A stretch of 64,000 nt of DNA from Candidatus Latescibacterota bacterium. Lineage in GTDB: Bacteria; Latescibacterota; CBDEFO01. Shown here piece after piece: positions 61,907 to 64,000 of the stretch (position 1 is its first letter; each line of letters begins with the position of its first letter). The stretch is from NCBI GenBank assembly GCA_965248755.1, contig OZ252149.1, positions 1,280,001 through 1,344,000 of the forward strand, read 5' to 3'. A program made the translations under genes and the position numbers. A model generated the notes under the pieces. It was not told where the DNA came from and did no database searches. It was given only the letters and a program-made list of their open reading frames with translations.

Positions 61907-63427
61907 TTACTTGTCTTTACTGTTACTGTAAAATTCCTTTATCAGATTATCCATATACGCTTTAGGGTCCGTTACGACCTCTGGTGTAACTGTAAATTTG
62001 TCCACATTCATAAGCTTGAGTCCGTGACCGTAATCGGCGAGCATATCCGAACATAACGTCCTGGCATCTGTGCCGATCTCCCTGGCCTTCTGAAGTATAG
62101 CCCCTATCGCCGCCTTTGAGAAATCTATCTCTATGTTGTTCTCTCTGGAAAAGTCGTCTTTGTATTTTCTTATAGATTCAAAGTTGAGGAACTTTTCAAT
62201 CTCGACGTCTGGGTCTTTCACTATCTCCTTTGTTACCCTAAGATACTTTACGTCAGTTGAGGGAAATCTCTTTTCAAATTTCAGCAGTGCCCTTTCGCAG
62301 ACGCTGACCAGTCCCCTGGCTCCGGTCTTTTCCTTTATGGCCTTCTTAGCTATGCTCCTAAGGGCTTCATCGTCGAACTCTATCTCTATACCGTAGGCTT
62401 TGAAGTCCATCTTTTTGCCCATTATCACTGGACTATTGGGATTTTTCAGAATCTGGTAGAGGTCGTCCTCTCCTAAATGCTCCAGAACTGCCACCATAGG
62501 CAGTCTTCCGACGAATTCGGATTCAAACCCGTAGTTTATGAGATCCTCTGATTTTACCTGCTTGAGGTCCTCTGTGTTATCATCCTTCTTTTTTCTATGG
62601 GCGTCCGCGGTGAATCCCACAGGCTTTTTGTTGATCCTCTTCCCAATTATGTCCTCCAAACCTGTAAAAGCTCCGCTTACAATGAACAGGATGTTTCGGG
62701 TGTTTATTTTCTTTCTTTCCACTTTTCCTGTCCTTTGGAACTGCATCATCGATTCCATCTGCGCCGTCATATCGTGTGGCGCTTTAAGATCCACCTCGGT
62801 CTCCTCCATAAGTTTCAAGAGGTTGCGCTGAACGCCTGTCCTGGAGACGTCGGGTCCCACGATAGTGCCGGCGGTGGCTATTTTGTCTATCTCATCTATG
62901 TAGATTATCCCATATTGGGCAAGCTCTATATCTCCCTTGGCTTCGCTCACAAGATCTCGTACCAGATCCTCAACGTCTCCACCCACGTATCCCGTCTCAC
63001 TGAACTTAGTGGCATCTCCCTTGACGAAAGGAACACCAATTTTCTGAGCTATAAGCTTTATGACATAGGTCTTCCCGACGCCTGTGGGGCCTATCATTAT
63101 GATATTGTTCTTTATATCTCCGACGGAAGTCCCCTGCTCCTTGTTTTCTAGCTTCATCCTGTGGAAGTGCGTGCAGATCTTGGTCGCAAGTATCTCCTTT
63201 GCATCCTGCTGTTTGATAAGGAAGCGGTTCAGATATTCTTCTAACTCCTCAGGTTTCAGATCAAAGTCGATTTGAGCAGCTCTTTCCTCCGTCGTCTGCT
63301 GTCCCTCCTGAGAACCTGCGGTCTGTCCTTCAGGGATTACGACATTTACCTCCTGACCGTATTTTTGAGAGAGGAACTCTTTGAGTTCCTTTTGAAGCTC
63401 TGCGGGGTTGGGTATTTTGTTTTGCAT
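61907..63427 (-). CDS. ClpX-like AAA+ ATPase lacking the N-terminal zinc domain
   Basis: GPTGVGKT, DATKFSETGYVGGDVE, IDEIDKI, DVSRTGVQ, EFVGRLP, TGARGL. Confidence 0.88.
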   Translation of the reverse strand: MQNKIPNPAELQKELKEFLSQKYGQEVNVVIPEGQTAGSQEGQQTTEERAAQIDFDLKPEELEEYLNRFLIKQQDAKEILATKICTHFHRMKLENKEQGTSVGDIKNNIIMIGPTGVGKTYVIKLIAQKIGVPFVKGDATKFSETGYVGGDVEDLVRDLVSEAKGDIELAQYGIIYIDEIDKIATAGTIVGPDVSRTGVQRNLLKLMEETEVDLKAPHDMTAQMESMMQFQRTGKVERKKINTRNILFIVSGAFTGLEDIIGKRINKKPVGFTADAHRKKKDDNTEDLKQVKSEDLINYGFESEFVGRLPMVAVLEHLGEDDLYQILKNPNSPVIMGKKMDFKAYGIEIEFDDEALRSIAKKAIKEKTGARGLVSVCERALLKFEKRFPSTDVKYLRVTKEIVKDPDVEIEKFLNFESIRKYKDDFSRENNIEIDFSKAAIGAILQKAREIGTDARTLCSDMLADYGHGLKLMNVDKFTVTPEVVTDPKAYMDNLIKEFYSNSKDK

Positions 63428-63473
63428 AGTCAAAATCCTTTTGATTATATAGGCGTCAAACTTCCCAATACTA

Positions 63474-63502
63474 ATAATAAGGTCATATTCTCATTTTGTC
63501 AA
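63474..63502 (-). promoter_or_regulatory. sigma70-like promoter
   Basis: TTGACA-N17-TATTAT upstream of the ClpX-like gene. Confidence 0.55.
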
Positions 63503-63648
63503 GGTTTTACCTTCAAAGCTAAGTCCTTCTAAGAGTCTGTTATCTAAGCTTTTCAGAGTGAGTATAAGGTCTAAGAGTCCCTTTTCCCCTTGCTTATATT
63601 CGTAACGTCTGTTATCTTTTGTTATGCAAACACACAGGGGTTAGCTTA

Positions 63649-64000
63649 ATGGCAAGATTCGTCATACAAAAGCACAGCGCCAGGAATCTTCACTACGATT
63701 TCAGACTCGAAATGGACGGCGTTCTCAAATCCTTGGCTGTACCTAAGGAACCCACCGACAAGAAAGGCGTCAAGAGATTGGCGATAGAAGTGGAGGACCA
63801 CGATCTGGACTACATCGACTTTGAGGGAACCATCGAAGAGGGAGAGTACGGCGCAGGAAAAGTGGAGATATGGGACAAAGGGAGCTATGTGTTGAAGGAA
63901 AGGAGCCTGGAGTCCGTTTTGTTTGAGCTAAACGGCGGAAAGTTGAAAGGCTTGTTCAGGCTTATAAAGACGGACTGGTCACCGGGGAATAATTGGCTGC
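63649..64000 (+). CDS. LigD 3'-phosphoesterase domain protein, partial at window edge
   Basis: RFVIQKHSARNLHYDFRLE.DGVLKS.AVPK, RLAIEVEDH, FEGTI..GEYGAG.V.IWD.G. Confidence 0.9.
   Translation, partial: MARFVIQKHSARNLHYDFRLEMDGVLKSLAVPKEPTDKKGVKRLAIEVEDHDLDYIDFEGTIEEGEYGAGKVEIWDKGSYVLKERSLESVLFELNGGKLKGLFRLIKTDWSPGNNWL

Overview
Bacterial chromosomal window with an accessory, heavily decayed left and middle part and a core-gene right end (eno, fmt, yajC, tgt, ClpX-like ATPase, LigD phosphoesterase). 1-8.6 kb: a Gabija-like gajA/gajB pair with gajB hit by two IS3-family copies, an IS481/IS1202-like element with a 15-16 bp target duplication, a tRNA-Arg(CCG) 3' fragment (att site) and a dead tyrosine integrase. 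9-32 kb: catabolic genes (glycoside hydrolases, EutA/DoeA-like pair, an AibH1/H2/G-like two-amidohydrolase plus Rieske operon, three DapA-family aldolases) mixed with gene relics and attC sites. 32-41.5 kb: signalling genes, an IS1380 and lipoproteins. 41.7-50.4 kb: an integron cassette array with about 8 attC sites, two duplicated attI plus promoter platforms and no integrase; several cassettes encode carbohydrate enzymes. Across the window a 21-23 bp near-palindrome (TCCCCGATAGANTCAATCGGGGA) occurs nine times and behaves as a tiny insertion element: it breaks an IS transposase and adds 7 codons in frame to fmt. All assignments are by eye from motifs; no searches were run.
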